Assembly: GCA_964511375.1 (NCBI GenBank)
Contig: CAZEEW010000001.1
Location: forward strand, 70,512-134,511
Source: an uncultured Gammaproteobacteria bacterium
GTDB taxonomy: Bacteria > Patescibacteriota > Patescibacteriia > Magasanikbacterales > GWA2-37-8
Length of the DNA: 64,000 bases
Direction of reading: 5' to 3'
In this document: positions 19,066 to 29,138 of the stretch, piece after piece
How the letters are laid out: each line of letters starts with the position of its first letter
Position numbering within the stretch: the stretch's first letter is position 1
Position numbers and translations under genes: made by a program
Notes under the pieces: model-generated
Told to the model about the DNA's origin: nothing
Database searches by the model: none
Seen by the model: only the letters and a program-made list of their open reading frames with translations

Positions 19066-22000
19066 ATGGAAGAGTTTGCGGAAAAGTTAAAAAAACAGGG
19101 AAGAACCCTATTTTTTAGCGTACTAGGGATATTTTTTGTTATGCTAACTTTTAGCATTATTTTGCAACAAGATTCAGCTGTCGAAGCAGCGACGCCCCCT
19201 ACTATTGTTTCTTACCAAGGCAAGCTCTTGGTAGGTGGGAGTTTGGCATCGAGCACTGTTAGCATGACTTTCCGTTTATATGATGATCCAACCGCTGGGA
19301 GTGAAAAATATAATTCTGGAGCGGTAAGTGTCACTCCGCAATCCGGTTTATTTTCGGTCGAACTAGGTGGTAATGATGGTGCGGTAATTGACCCAACGAT
19401 TTTTAAGGATAATGCTGCTTTGTATTTGCAGGTTACAATTGGTGCCGAAAACCTGTCGCCTAGAAAGAGGATTACCACTGCACCTTACGCTCTAAACGCT
19501 CTTTACTTGGATGGTCGAATTGCTACAAGTACACCAACCAGCACTAGTTATGTTCCGTTGGCAGATAATTCTGGAAATTTTAATTTCAACAAAGTAACCT
19601 CCACGGAGGTATATGTGAGTGCTACGAGTTCATTTAACAATGGGACAGCCTTCTTTGTTCCATTTGATGGCACCAGTATTTTGAGCCTTGGCAATATAAC
19701 ATCAAATTCAGGGCTGCTGAGTATTTTGGGTACGACTGGAGATGCTCCCACAATTTTAATGGGAACAGGTGATGTGTACGGGGATGAATTTAATGTTTCA
19801 ATCGGTGGAGGAAATAGTCCAAGTATTGCTTTAAACTATAATTCGGTCTCGAATAATGGTTTGGAAATCGGGGCTAATGCCAGCGGCGGCTACATTGAGA
19901 GTACCCCAAGTAGTACAACTCTGAAGTTTGTTTCCAATATTGCTGCAGGGCTAGATTCATACTCTGCCTTTGAATTCAGAACAAATAATACCTTGACGGG
20001 CGGTGTAAACAAATATTTAGCCGCCTGGTACAATAATACGACAAACGTTATGGTTTTAAGTCCAGAGGGTACCCTGCTTGTTAACGCCCTTGGTGTTGCG
20101 GGTGTAGGCATTGAAACCACTGCGCTTACATCTTTCGGTACTGTCTCAGTCGGGACTGATCTTACAATAGGTGGTATAAATTATACACCCTACTTTATTG
20201 ATTCAGTTGGTACAAATGGTTATTTGTGGAAGTCAGACGGTGATGGACGTGGAACTTGGGTTTCAACTTCGAGCCTTGGTATAATAGGCGACCTTCCTCC
20301 TGGATCGACTGGCCAAGTTTTTCGTTATGGCTCTTCCTCGTGGGAAGCAACTAGTAGTTTGTTTATCGCTGATTCAGGTTTTGTTGGTATAGGAACCACA
20401 ACACCTAATTTAAAATTGACCATCGCAAATGATGGTGGTATGCAAGCAATGGGAACCTATGGTAGTGGTACGCTTCTTGCGACCAGTACAGGTTCGCAAT
20501 TTATTTGGTATCCAAGAAAGAGTTCTTTAATGGCTGGTCACATGGAAAGTTCGTACGAATATTGGTCAGATGGAATGGTGGGTAGTTACACTGCTTCGTT
20601 CGGAAGAGATAACCGTACCGGTGCTGATTATGCTTTCGCAGCAGGCAGCGGCAACAACGCTAACGGAACAGCTGCGGTTGCCATTGGATACGGTAATCAG
20701 GCAAGCGCAGAGTATAGTTCTGCCTTTGGGTCAGGGAATTTAAGCTTAGGTAATTATGGTGCAACTATAGGCCGCAGTAATCGAACTGATGGTGAATATT
20801 CCATTGCTATGGGATACACTGTGCGTGCTAGTTCAACCAGCGCTTTTGCCTGGGGATACAACTATACATTAACGACAGACTACTCACTTTCTATCGGTCG
20901 TGACGATGCAGATTTTATCTTTACGCCAGGAGAAAGCACAGCAACAAATACTGTAGCATTTTCTACTGTCACTCAATTTAATAACAACGTCGCAAGTACT
21001 ACTGGTGCCCTTGCATATATTTTGAATGCACCGAATTTTGCTTCTACGAGTCCCGATCAATACATTTTGTCCTTGCGCTCCAATAACACCCCGGTCTTTT
21101 CAGTAGCTTCCAACGGCAATGTTCATGCCTTAGGTACGTTAAGTGCATCGAGCGCAACGGTTGGTACTCCAGGAACACCCGGTGACTTGGCCGAGCGCGT
21201 GGATATTGCCATAGATGATACAGCTGAAGCTGGAGACGTATTAACTGTAGATGAAATCAGTCCAGATACTTATCGTCGCACGTCTGGCTCCTATGATGCT
21301 TCCGTTTCTGGTGTTGTGTCCACAAACCCGACGATTGTTGTTGGTAATGGTAAAACAGATTACACGGCGGTAATGGCCATGGTTGGTCGTGTACCCGTTA
21401 AAGCAAGTGCTGAAAACGGGCCAATTAATCGAGGTGATTTATTAGTTAGTGCTTCCTTACCCGGTCATGCTATGCGCTATGACCCGACCAAGGATGATAC
21501 CCGTGTAGTCGGTGTGATTGGTGTGGCTCTTGATTCGCTACCTTCCGGCAGTGGTAAAATTATGGCCCTGATCCGCACGGGCTGGGTGTATAACCGCAAT
21601 CAAAGCATCCAAGAGATTAAATCTAATTTAGAAACTTTAGCTGCGGTACAAGGCTTGAGCTTGGGTAGTAACCCGAACAATTTAGAAGTGCAGAATACTG
21701 GAGGTGCTTTAAATTACACTAGTGGAAACCTAAATCTTCAAGGGTTTGCCATTTTAAATGTGGGTCGAGTTATAGGAGTAAATGGTCGGTGGATTATTGA
21801 TGGTAATGGTCGATTAATTTCTAAAGTACAAACTTCTGAAGGTGAAAAAACTCTGTATTCTGTAAATTCATATAGCGATGAATTAATTATCTCAGGTAGT
21901 GATAAATTAACTTCCGGTGAGGCGCGAATTAATTTTGACCAAGCAACCAGAGAGATAATAAATAGTGACGAAACTTTGAAAGTAAATGTTACTTTAACTT

Positions 22001-22479
22001 CCGGTGAGGCCACGGGTATATACGTAAAAGAAAAAAATGAGCAGGGCTTTGTGGTAAAAGAAACTGGTGCTGGACAGAGTAATGCCACTTTTGATTGGGT
22101 AGTAATTGCTAAGCGTAAGCCAGTACCAACTCCCGAACCTCCAGCTGAAGTGACTAACCCGCCTCCGTCTAGCGGTAATAACACAGAAACGCCAGCGAGT
22201 TCGAATGAAAGTTCTGGTGGTAACCAAGTCAACCCACCTACCACTGATCAAGGTGCTGGTGAGACTAGTGAAGCCCCACCAAGTACTGATGCCAACGCAA
22301 GTCCAGACACAAACGACAATACTTCAGACACTGCTAGCCCTACTACAGAAACAAGTTCAACTCCGCCGCCAGCGGACCCTGTTGAAACTACCCCAGCACT
22401 AACCCAAACCACAGAAGCGCCTGTCGAGACAGGTGAAACTACTCCAGGCAATGGAGGAGAAGCATTAGCCAGCCCTTGA
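19066..22479 (+). CDS. Giant adhesin-like protein of 1137 aa.
   Basis: It has an N-terminal transmembrane segment and S/T/G-rich beta-like repeats. It carries Hep_Hag-like heptad repeats (AAGSGNNANGTAAVAIGYGNQASAEYSSAFGSGN...). The C-terminus is a low-complexity Pro/Thr-rich tail. Confidence 0.7.
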   Translation: MEEFAEKLKKQGRTLFFSVLGIFFVMLTFSIILQQDSAVEAATPPTIVSYQGKLLVGGSLASSTVSMTFRLYDDPTAGSEKYNSGAVSVTPQSGLFSVELGGNDGAVIDPTIFKDNAALYLQVTIGAENLSPRKRITTAPYALNALYLDGRIATSTPTSTSYVPLADNSGNFNFNKVTSTEVYVSATSSFNNGTAFFVPFDGTSILSLGNITSNSGLLSILGTTGDAPTILMGTGDVYGDEFNVSIGGGNSPSIALNYNSVSNNGLEIGANASGGYIESTPSSTTLKFVSNIAAGLDSYSAFEFRTNNTLTGGVNKYLAAWYNNTTNVMVLSPEGTLLVNALGVAGVGIETTALTSFGTVSVGTDLTIGGINYTPYFIDSVGTNGYLWKSDGDGRGTWVSTSSLGIIGDLPPGSTGQVFRYGSSSWEATSSLFIADSGFVGIGTTTPNLKLTIANDGGMQAMGTYGSGTLLATSTGSQFIWYPRKSSLMAGHMESSYEYWSDGMVGSYTASFGRDNRTGADYAFAAGSGNNANGTAAVAIGYGNQASAEYSSAFGSGNLSLGNYGATIGRSNRTDGEYSIAMGYTVRASSTSAFAWGYNYTLTTDYSLSIGRDDADFIFTPGESTATNTVAFSTVTQFNNNVASTTGALAYILNAPNFASTSPDQYILSLRSNNTPVFSVASNGNVHALGTLSASSATVGTPGTPGDLAERVDIAIDDTAEAGDVLTVDEISPDTYRRTSGSYDASVSGVVSTNPTIVVGNGKTDYTAVMAMVGRVPVKASAENGPINRGDLLVSASLPGHAMRYDPTKDDTRVVGVIGVALDSLPSGSGKIMALIRTGWVYNRNQSIQEIKSNLETLAAVQGLSLGSNPNNLEVQNTGGALNYTSGNLNLQGFAILNVGRVIGVNGRWIIDGNGRLISKVQTSEGEKTLYSVNSYSDELIISGSDKLTSGEARINFDQATREIINSDETLKVNVTLTSGEATGIYVKEKNEQGFVVKETGAGQSNATFDWVVIAKRKPVPTPEPPAEVTNPPPSSGNNTETPASSNESSGGNQVNPPTTDQGAGETSEAPPSTDANASPDTNDNTSDTASPTTETSSTPPPADPVETTPALTQTTEAPVETGETTPGNGGEALASP

Positions 22480-22516
22480 TTTTCTTCATACTCTAGGCTA
22501 TACTATCCTGACTTAG

Positions 22517-22590
22517 GGGCCCTTAGCGTAGCTGGCTAGCGCGCTTCCATGGCATGGAAGAGGTCACGAGTTCGAATCTCGTAGGGTCCA
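22517..22590 (+). tRNA. tRNA-Ala (anticodon GGC).
   Basis: The acceptor stem is GGGCCCT/AGGGTCC with a G3:U70 pair. The anticodon loop is ATGGCAT and the T-arm is ACGAG-TTCGAAT-CTCGT. Confidence 0.8.
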
Positions 22591-22597
22591 CAAAAAT

Positions 22598-22619
22598 CCG
22601 GCACTTTGCCGGTTTTTTT
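22598..22619 (+). terminator. Rho-independent terminator after tRNA-Ala.
   Basis: The hairpin is CCGGC-acttt-GCCGG, followed by TTTTTTT. Confidence 0.75.
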
Positions 22620-22658
22620 CTGGACTTTTTTTAAAATTAGTCGTAGAATACTGGCACT

Positions 22659-23183
22659 ATGACAGATTTTTATCTTATTTTACAAATAATTCTACTTATA
22701 TTAGCCTTTTCAATGGTTGTTGCTACTTTGTCACTGGCGCCTTGGGTACCGACGAGAAATAGGGATTTACAAAGGGTGTTCAGATTAAGTAATCTGTCTC
22801 CGGGAGAAGTATTTTATGATCTAGGTAGCGGGACCGGGACTACGGTTTTTGCTGCGGCCAAAATCAAAGATGTAAAAGCAAGGGGTATTGAATTGGCTCT
22901 GCCGTTGTATGTATTTTCGGTAATTAAAAAGGTACTTTTAGGTAGTAAACAAGCAAGTTTCAAATGGAAATCCTTGTTTAAGGAAGATTTATCAGAAGCC
23001 GACGTTATTTACATTTTTGGTTTACCAAACAAATTAAAAGATAAATTAGTTAATAAATTTCAAAAAGAACTGAAATCTGGTAGTCGGGTGGTAAGTTACG
23101 TTTTTCCGATCAAAGGCCTCGAGCCAGTGATCGTCGATCACCCGACCGACCAAGATCTTTCTGTTTACGTATATAAATTTTAA
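22659..23183 (+). CDS. Small membrane-anchored class I SAM-methyltransferase-like protein.
   Basis: It has an N-terminal transmembrane helix and motif I (VFYDLGSGTGTT). Confidence 0.45.
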   Translation: MTDFYLILQIILLILAFSMVVATLSLAPWVPTRNRDLQRVFRLSNLSPGEVFYDLGSGTGTTVFAAAKIKDVKARGIELALPLYVFSVIKKVLLGSKQASFKWKSLFKEDLSEADVIYIFGLPNKLKDKLVNKFQKELKSGSRVVSYVFPIKGLEPVIVDHPTDQDLSVYVYKF

Positions 23184-23187
23184 TTAT

Positions 23188-24264
23188 ATGTCATTTTCTA
23201 TTGGTATTGTTGGTCTGCCAAATGTCGGTAAATCCACCTTATTTAACGCCTTAACTAGAAGTAAACAAGCTGACGCGCAAAATTACCCCTTTTGTACTAT
23301 TGATCCCAATGTAGGAGTGGTGGAGGTTCCAGATGAACGCCTGCAAAAATTATCTGATGTCTCCAAATCATTGAAAATAGTACCAACAGTAATCGAGTTT
23401 GTAGACATTGCTGGTTTGGTTAAGGGCGCATCCGAAGGAGAAGGCTTGGGCAACAAATTTCTATCCCACATCCGTGAAGTAGACGCGATCGCTCAAGTGG
23501 TTCGTAGTTTTAGTGACTCAAATGTTATTCATGTACATAACCGCGTTGACCCGAAAGATGATGCAGATATAATTAATTTAGAATTAACTTTAGCCGACCT
23601 CCAGACTGTTTCTAAAAGATTAGAAAATACAAAGAAAGCTGCGAAGGGTACTGCGGCCAAGGAAAAAGAAAAGGAATTGGAGTTTTTGGAAAAACTCAAC
23701 TCCCATTTAGAAAAAGGTCTACCCGCCCGCCTATTAGAGATTGAAGAGGATGAAAAGCCCTTACTTAAGGAACTCCAACTTATTACCTCTAAGCCCATGC
23801 TCTATGTAGTTAACTCTGACGAAGGTAAGAGTGCACCAATTGCAGAATTGTCTGGCAGCTTAACTGAGCAGATTGCATTAAGCGCAAAGTTGGAGGCAGA
23901 GTTAGCAGATCTTTCCCCAGAAGAGGGTAGAGAATATTTAAAAAGCCTGGGTTTAGAAGAGACTGGTTTGGAAAAATTGATTAGGGCGAGTTACAAGCTC
24001 TTAAATTTAGTGACATATTTTACTTCTGGTGAACCAGAAACCCGAGCTTGGACAGTAACCGAAGGCACTAAAGCTCCACAGGCAGCTGGTGTCATCCACA
24101 CGGATTTTATTAAAGGTTTCATTAAGGCCGATGTTTCCAATTGGAAAGATTTTGTTGAGTGCGGAGGTTGGGGAAAAATAAAAGAAACCGGAAAGCTCCG
24201 GTTAGAAGGAAAAGATTATGTTGTCAAAGACGGCGATGTCTGTTATTTCCATGTTAATACTTAA
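23188..24264 (+). CDS. ychF: Ribosome-binding ATPase YchF (Obg family).
   Basis: It has a P-loop ([18 protein letters not shown]), the G-domain motifs and a C-terminal TGS domain. Confidence 0.9.
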   Translation: MSFSIGIVGLPNVGKSTLFNALTRSKQADAQNYPFCTIDPNVGVVEVPDERLQKLSDVSKSLKIVPTVIEFVDIAGLVKGASEGEGLGNKFLSHIREVDAIAQVVRSFSDSNVIHVHNRVDPKDDADIINLELTLADLQTVSKRLENTKKAAKGTAAKEKEKELEFLEKLNSHLEKGLPARLLEIEEDEKPLLKELQLITSKPMLYVVNSDEGKSAPIAELSGSLTEQIALSAKLEAELADLSPEEGREYLKSLGLEETGLEKLIRASYKLLNLVTYFTSGEPETRAWTVTEGTKAPQAAGVIHTDFIKGFIKADVSNWKDFVECGGWGKIKETGKLRLEGKDYVVKDGDVCYFHVNT

Positions 24265-25508
24265 GCAGTTTTTCGAGAGTATCTGAAACGCCAGATTTCT
24301 CTACCTACTTGCTGTCCTGGTCTATGATAAAGAAGAAAATCTTGGTTGTTAAACATTTGTTTCACCTCAAAACCCATTTTCATAATGGGTTTTTTAATAT
24401 CTATCGTTACCCATTGGCCTTTAACCCAAAACCGTGGGATAAGAAAAACTACCGAAGCGTTTAATTCTAGCACCCTGCTAAATGAACGAAAGGCCGCCAA
24501 GTACAATTCCTTCAGTTCGTTTAATTGTAAGTCTAATTTTTGGCGATCAATTTTGCCTCGCCAGGCAATACCCAGGTAGGGCTCAGTAACGATTCCGCCA
24601 ATTGAGTTTTTGTTTATTTTTTTTTCCAAATCATGGACGTCGGCCTGAAATACGCGTGCGGAAAATTTTTGACTAATTTCACTATTATCTTTTAACCACG
24701 CAATATTCTTTTCAGAATCAGTAACGGCCTTATCATAAAGATCAGAACCAATAACACTTTGGTAGCCTAATAATAGCGCTTCGGACAAAACTGTGCCTGA
24801 GCCACAGAAAGGATCAAGTAAGGTTTTGTCCTTTGGAGTTTGGGAAAGGTTGATCATCATCATGGCTAATTTCGGCGGCAACATTCCGCTGAAGTCGTCG
24901 CGACCAGGACGATTAAAGTCTCGCTCAGAAAATTTTTCAAAGGGCTGTACGGAAAGAGTCTTGGCTACTGAATAATCGTGACCAGACTTTTCTAAAATAA
25001 GAAATTCGATTCCTTTATCTAAAAGATCATTTTTTACAACTGACACGCTAGAGAGCTCGGTTTCCGCATCAAAAATGTAGCGAGAAGACAAATTTTTATC
25101 TGCCAACCTTTTTTTGATTTTCTTCCCCAAATCATTCAGCCAGTCTGGCGTTCCGGCCCCCTCTATTGAAGAGGGGCGGTAAAGACTTAGTCCAAAATCT
25201 TTTTTTCGTGTTTTGTCGTCACTTAAGTAATCACTAATTAACCCTATAATGTCTTCTTTGGAAGAAATTTGTTTCCCAGAAAATAATCTTTCACCAATTT
25301 TGACTGTGCCACCCAACTCATTAATTATATCTGGGCTCACATTGTCCGAAACAAGGCGTAGAATCTTGTTTTCGACCTCTAAGTTTTTTGGCTCTAAGTT
25401 TAAAGAAGCCGCGATTTCAGCGGCAGAAATATTTGGTTCACGACCTAAAACAAACCAGATCTCGCTAGGTTTTTTTTGCTGTGGAAGTTGTGCTGGTTGT
25501 TTGTTCAT
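24261..25508 (-). CDS. Putative RNA (guanine-N2)-type methyltransferase, UPF0020/Trm11-like.
   Basis: Motif I is DPFCGSGTVLSEALLLGY. The N-terminal region could be THUMP-like. The annotated start overlaps the upstream gene, so the true start may be an internal Met. Confidence 0.55.
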   Translation of the reverse strand: MNKQPAQLPQQKKPSEIWFVLGREPNISAAEIAASLNLEPKNLEVENKILRLVSDNVSPDIINELGGTVKIGERLFSGKQISSKEDIIGLISDYLSDDKTRKKDFGLSLYRPSSIEGAGTPDWLNDLGKKIKKRLADKNLSSRYIFDAETELSSVSVVKNDLLDKGIEFLILEKSGHDYSVAKTLSVQPFEKFSERDFNRPGRDDFSGMLPPKLAMMMINLSQTPKDKTLLDPFCGSGTVLSEALLLGYQSVIGSDLYDKAVTDSEKNIAWLKDNSEISQKFSARVFQADVHDLEKKINKNSIGGIVTEPYLGIAWRGKIDRQKLDLQLNELKELYLAAFRSFSRVLELNASVVFLIPRFWVKGQWVTIDIKKPIMKMGFEVKQMFNNQDFLLYHRPGQQVGREIWRFRYSRKTA

Positions 25509-25821
25509 ACATGAGAATATCCTTGTTCTGGAAAAAGTCTCTGGTAGAGGTTGGAATGTTAAATTCGCTTGTTTTAGTTAACTGGAGAGCGTTTGCCTCC
25601 TCATAAGCTGCCTGGTCGATCGCTTCACCGCCAATCTGTGAGTTCAAGGCAACGACGGCATTGGCATCGGCTAAAGTCGTATAGATATTATTGTATATAA
25701 AGTAATATGTAAAGAGGGAGGCAGTAAGAAGAACCCCCATAAGGAAGATGCTTAGTAAGCGCCAACCGGCGTACTTGCCGACTGATTTAAATTCAAGTTT
25801 TATTGGTTTATTTAGAAACAT
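25465..25821 (-). CDS. Small membrane protein at the distal end of the pilus operon.
   Basis: It has a single transmembrane helix. It is not a pilin, because there is no G-FTLIE prepilin motif. Confidence 0.35.
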   Translation of the reverse strand: MFLNKPIKLEFKSVGKYAGWRLLSIFLMGVLLTASLFTYYFIYNNIYTTLADANAVVALNSQIGGEAIDQAAYEEANALQLTKTSEFNIPTSTRDFFQNKDILMYEQTTSTTSTAKKT

Positions 25822-26344
25822 ACAAGGAGATATCTAGAACCAGACGAACGTTGCTTTCTTTATGAGAATTGATCCCTGTCGGCATCAGGCTAAGGTTTTC
25901 TAAACGTAGAAAATATGGTAAATTTTCTAATTCATTCATGTAGAATAAGACATTTTTGTAGCTGCCATTAACAATCAAATTAAATTTTAGCGACTGTTTG
26001 TTTGGGTCATCTAAGTTGCTACTATTTATTTTTTGGTCCAACTTATGTTTTAACGCGAGGTTCTCAAGCAGCGTAATAAATTTTAGTTCCTGTCCTGTTT
26101 GATATAAATGCTGGTCTAAGTTAGCAATTTGTTCACGGACGGTTTCCACCTGGTGGACAGAGCTTTTAGATTGTAATGTCCTTTGGTAGCGTTTCTCTAA
26201 GAAATTTTTGAGAGCAGCTGTCTCTTCCTTTAAATTATTAATGTCCTGGCTGGTAGGGTAAATCACCCCAAAAATTATACCCAAAGTCAGGACCATGATG
26301 GCCACAAGTAGTAAATAAACTTTCTTTTCTTGCGTTGTACGCAT
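25808..26344 (-). CDS. pilO: Type IV pilus assembly protein PilO-like.
   Basis: It has a single N-terminal transmembrane segment and a coiled-coil plus periplasmic domain. It sits after pilN. Confidence 0.55.
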   Translation of the reverse strand: MRTTQEKKVYLLLVAIMVLTLGIIFGVIYPTSQDINNLKEETAALKNFLEKRYQRTLQSKSSVHQVETVREQIANLDQHLYQTGQELKFITLLENLALKHKLDQKINSSNLDDPNKQSLKFNLIVNGSYKNVLFYMNELENLPYFLRLENLSLMPTGINSHKESNVRLVLDISLYVSK

Positions 26345-26352
26345 AGGCGTTA

Positions 26353-26895
26353 TTAAAGACTGGGCCAGCCCTGGATTTTAATTTTAAACTCAAATGGTAT
26401 ATTCTCTTTTTGCAGCAGACGAGAAATTGGGGAGGAGACATTTTCTAACCAGCTAATTTCTTTAAGCTTGTCTTGGTAATCCAACAAAGCTTGACGGGTG
26501 GTGGCTGTCCCACTTAAGGACAAAGTAGAATCAGAACGGTTAACAGCAAGACTGTTTAGGGTAATATTCTGGGGCAAGTTACTGGACAGAACTAATAATT
26601 CTGGCACAATTCTTTTAAAACCTTTTCCAGCCTCATTGAATCTTTCTAGTTTACGATTTGTCTCTCTTACCTCTTGGTTATGTGCTGTAAATTCTTGGTT
26701 AACAACGATTGCGCTTTCCGACAAAGAATTAAAATCCTCTTGAAGTGTTAGCCAGCTCCAAACTAAACTAATTCCTAAGACAGCGGCAGTAATGAGCACA
26801 ATCTCCAGCATGTTTTTGACAAAGATAAAGCGCACCAGGTGTTCTAACTTAGCTTTTTTTGGGGGAGGTAATAGATTAACGGCTTGTCGAAACAT
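26353..26895 (-). CDS. pilN: Type IV pilus assembly protein PilN-like.
   Basis: The N-terminus carries the conserved NLLP motif (AVNLLPPPKK) followed by a transmembrane helix. Confidence 0.6.
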   Translation of the reverse strand: MFRQAVNLLPPPKKAKLEHLVRFIFVKNMLEIVLITAAVLGISLVWSWLTLQEDFNSLSESAIVVNQEFTAHNQEVRETNRKLERFNEAGKGFKRIVPELLVLSSNLPQNITLNSLAVNRSDSTLSLSGTATTRQALLDYQDKLKEISWLENVSSPISRLLQKENIPFEFKIKIQGWPSL

Positions 26896-26896
26896 A

Positions 26897-27985
26897 TTAT
26901 TCTTTACTCAAGAAAGGATTTTGTGCTGCTCGTAGCGCCAAACCAACTACCGAAGCCAAGGAAGAATCAGTGGTGTGGTTAGCAAATTCATCCGAAAATT
27001 TAAGTGTGGGCAGGAATGGTAAAATGCTTGTTTTTACCTTTAATTTTCTACCAATCGTCTCTGGCAAATTTTTTAAAGAAGCTGAACCACCACACAGGTT
27101 AACTTCTTTTATTGGATCAGTTTCAGAAAAGTGTTCTTGGTAAAAATTAACTGCCCGGCTAACCTCGGTAATTAAATTGTCAGTTAATTTTGTGACTACC
27201 TTAAGATATTTCGGATCTAGTTTAGAGTAAGTAACCCCTCGCTCAATTTTTAAATCCTCGGCTTTTTCGTAGTCAATCTTCATTTCTTGTGCAATTGCGG
27301 TTGTAAGTAATTCACCTGAGAAGTTCAGATGAGTACTAAACTTAACGCCCTCATGATCAAAAAAGATAAGGTTAGAGCGGGTGGCGCCTAAGTCTAAAAT
27401 CGCGCTCGCTTTTTGCTCGACTTGGTTATCTGGCAACAGGGCGCGGGCGATAGACAAAACCTCGATTTCTAAAGCCAGAGGGGTTAGCCCAACACTTTCT
27501 AAGAGATAAGTATATGAGTCGGCAATAATTTTAGGTACAGCACCTACCAATACTCGCGAATGGTTGTTGTTGCTGCCTCCTAACACCTTCCAATCAATAT
27601 AAGTTTCTTCGGCTTCAAATGGTAAATGCTTTTTCGCCTGGTACAAAACATCTTCTTCAGTTACCTGATCTGGGCTAGCTTCCAACGGAATGATTTTTAA
27701 AAAAGTTTTTGGTTCTGGCAGGTCAGCTACTACCCAGGGAGATTTGATTGCTTTATAACGTCCTTCCCGTCCTAGAAGGTAGAGAATTTTTTTCCGAACC
27801 ATTTCTGGCTGTTGGATCTCTCCGTTCACTATACAACCTGGGGAGAGAGGGGCGGTGCGTAGTTCTTTAACGTAATAATAATCATGGCCCCGTAAGGATT
27901 TACGTCGTTCTAATTGCATTAATTTTATTGACAGGTCACCAATGTTTAAGCCAAAGGCGCCGCAAAAAGGATTTTGCAAAAACAT
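26897..27985 (-). CDS. pilM: Type IV pilus assembly protein PilM (actin-like ATPase fold).
   Basis: It has the PilM_2-like N-terminus (FGLNIGDLSIKLMQLER) and is 362 aa long. Confidence 0.75.
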   Translation of the reverse strand: MFLQNPFCGAFGLNIGDLSIKLMQLERRKSLRGHDYYYVKELRTAPLSPGCIVNGEIQQPEMVRKKILYLLGREGRYKAIKSPWVVADLPEPKTFLKIIPLEASPDQVTEEDVLYQAKKHLPFEAEETYIDWKVLGGSNNNHSRVLVGAVPKIIADSYTYLLESVGLTPLALEIEVLSIARALLPDNQVEQKASAILDLGATRSNLIFFDHEGVKFSTHLNFSGELLTTAIAQEMKIDYEKAEDLKIERGVTYSKLDPKYLKVVTKLTDNLITEVSRAVNFYQEHFSETDPIKEVNLCGGSASLKNLPETIGRKLKVKTSILPFLPTLKFSDEFANHTTDSSLASVVGLALRAAQNPFLSKE

Positions 27986-27987
27986 AA

Positions 27988-29136
27988 CTAGAAACTCTGA
28001 GCTAAAGAGTACATCGGCATGATAACTGCCACCGCTATGCCAGCAACTGCCAAGCCAAGTATTAAAATAATAACTGGCTCAATAATTGTAGAAAAGTTTT
28101 TCATCGTGTTATCTACTTCATTTGAATAGTAATCAGACAATTCTTTCAACATATGTTCTACCTCACCGGACTGTTCTCCAACCATGATCATTTCCGTTAC
28201 CATTGGTGGAAACGCTTTTGGGAAGGTTGCTAAGATTTCTGACAAAGCCTCACCTTTTTTAAGTTTTTCCGAAACTTCTAACAAGTTGTTTTTGTAAACT
28301 AAATTACTTTGTACTTCTGAAGTGATGCGGACAGCATCAATAATTGGAATGGAGCTCTGCATTAGAGAAGAAAGAGTCAAAGTAAAACGAGCTAAGTTAA
28401 TTTTTTTAATGATTGGTCCGGCTAAAGGTAGGTGCAAGTTCAAAACATGCAATTTTTTTCTTAAGCTTGGCACTTTAAATAACTGAATTAGGCCAATAAT
28501 TAAAGCTACCAAGCCAATTCCAATAAAGATGCCATACTTTTGTGTGCCCTCGGTAATCGCAATTAGGATTCTTGTTGGTAAAGGCAATTCCGCATCAAAG
28601 TCATTAAACATGACCATAACTTTTGGTAAAACAAATACCACTACTTCGATCGCAATCCCTACCATGGCCACCAACACTACTGCCGGGTAAACCATGGCGC
28701 CCCGCACCCGGCTTGTAAGTTCGTGGCTTTTTTTCATTTGAGTATGGATTTGGTCTAAAGCCTCCTCCATTTTGCCGGCGGCCTCACCCGCAGCGACCAT
28801 ACTTACGTAGATAGGCGGGAAGACTTTTGGGTACAAGGCCAAGACTTCGCTTAACTGCTTGCCTTTTTCAACCCCTTCTTTAATCTCACCAATTATTTTT
28901 TTAAGTCTTTTATTCTCGATTTCTTGCCCTAAGACTTGTAAAGCGTTCACAATCGGCAAACCAGCCTTAATCATGGTCTTAAGGTGGTAAATGAACAGCA
29001 TTTTGTGCACCAAAGGAATCCGAGTCAAATGATCAGTGACCCAGGCATTTAGCTTGGATTCAAAAGAAGATAGTTGCTTTTCACTCCCTTTGTCAGTTAC
29101 TTCTTCCAAGTTGGGTGCTTTGCGTGTCGCAAACAT
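27988..29136 (-). CDS. pilC: Type IV pilus platform protein PilC (GspF family).
   Basis: It has two T2SSF repeats and three transmembrane segments. Confidence 0.85.
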   Translation of the reverse strand: MFATRKAPNLEEVTDKGSEKQLSSFESKLNAWVTDHLTRIPLVHKMLFIYHLKTMIKAGLPIVNALQVLGQEIENKRLKKIIGEIKEGVEKGKQLSEVLALYPKVFPPIYVSMVAAGEAAGKMEEALDQIHTQMKKSHELTSRVRGAMVYPAVVLVAMVGIAIEVVVFVLPKVMVMFNDFDAELPLPTRILIAITEGTQKYGIFIGIGLVALIIGLIQLFKVPSLRKKLHVLNLHLPLAGPIIKKINLARFTLTLSSLMQSSIPIIDAVRITSEVQSNLVYKNNLLEVSEKLKKGEALSEILATFPKAFPPMVTEMIMVGEQSGEVEHMLKELSDYYSNEVDNTMKNFSTIIEPVIILILGLAVAGIAVAVIMPMYSLAQSF

Positions 29137-29138
29137 AA

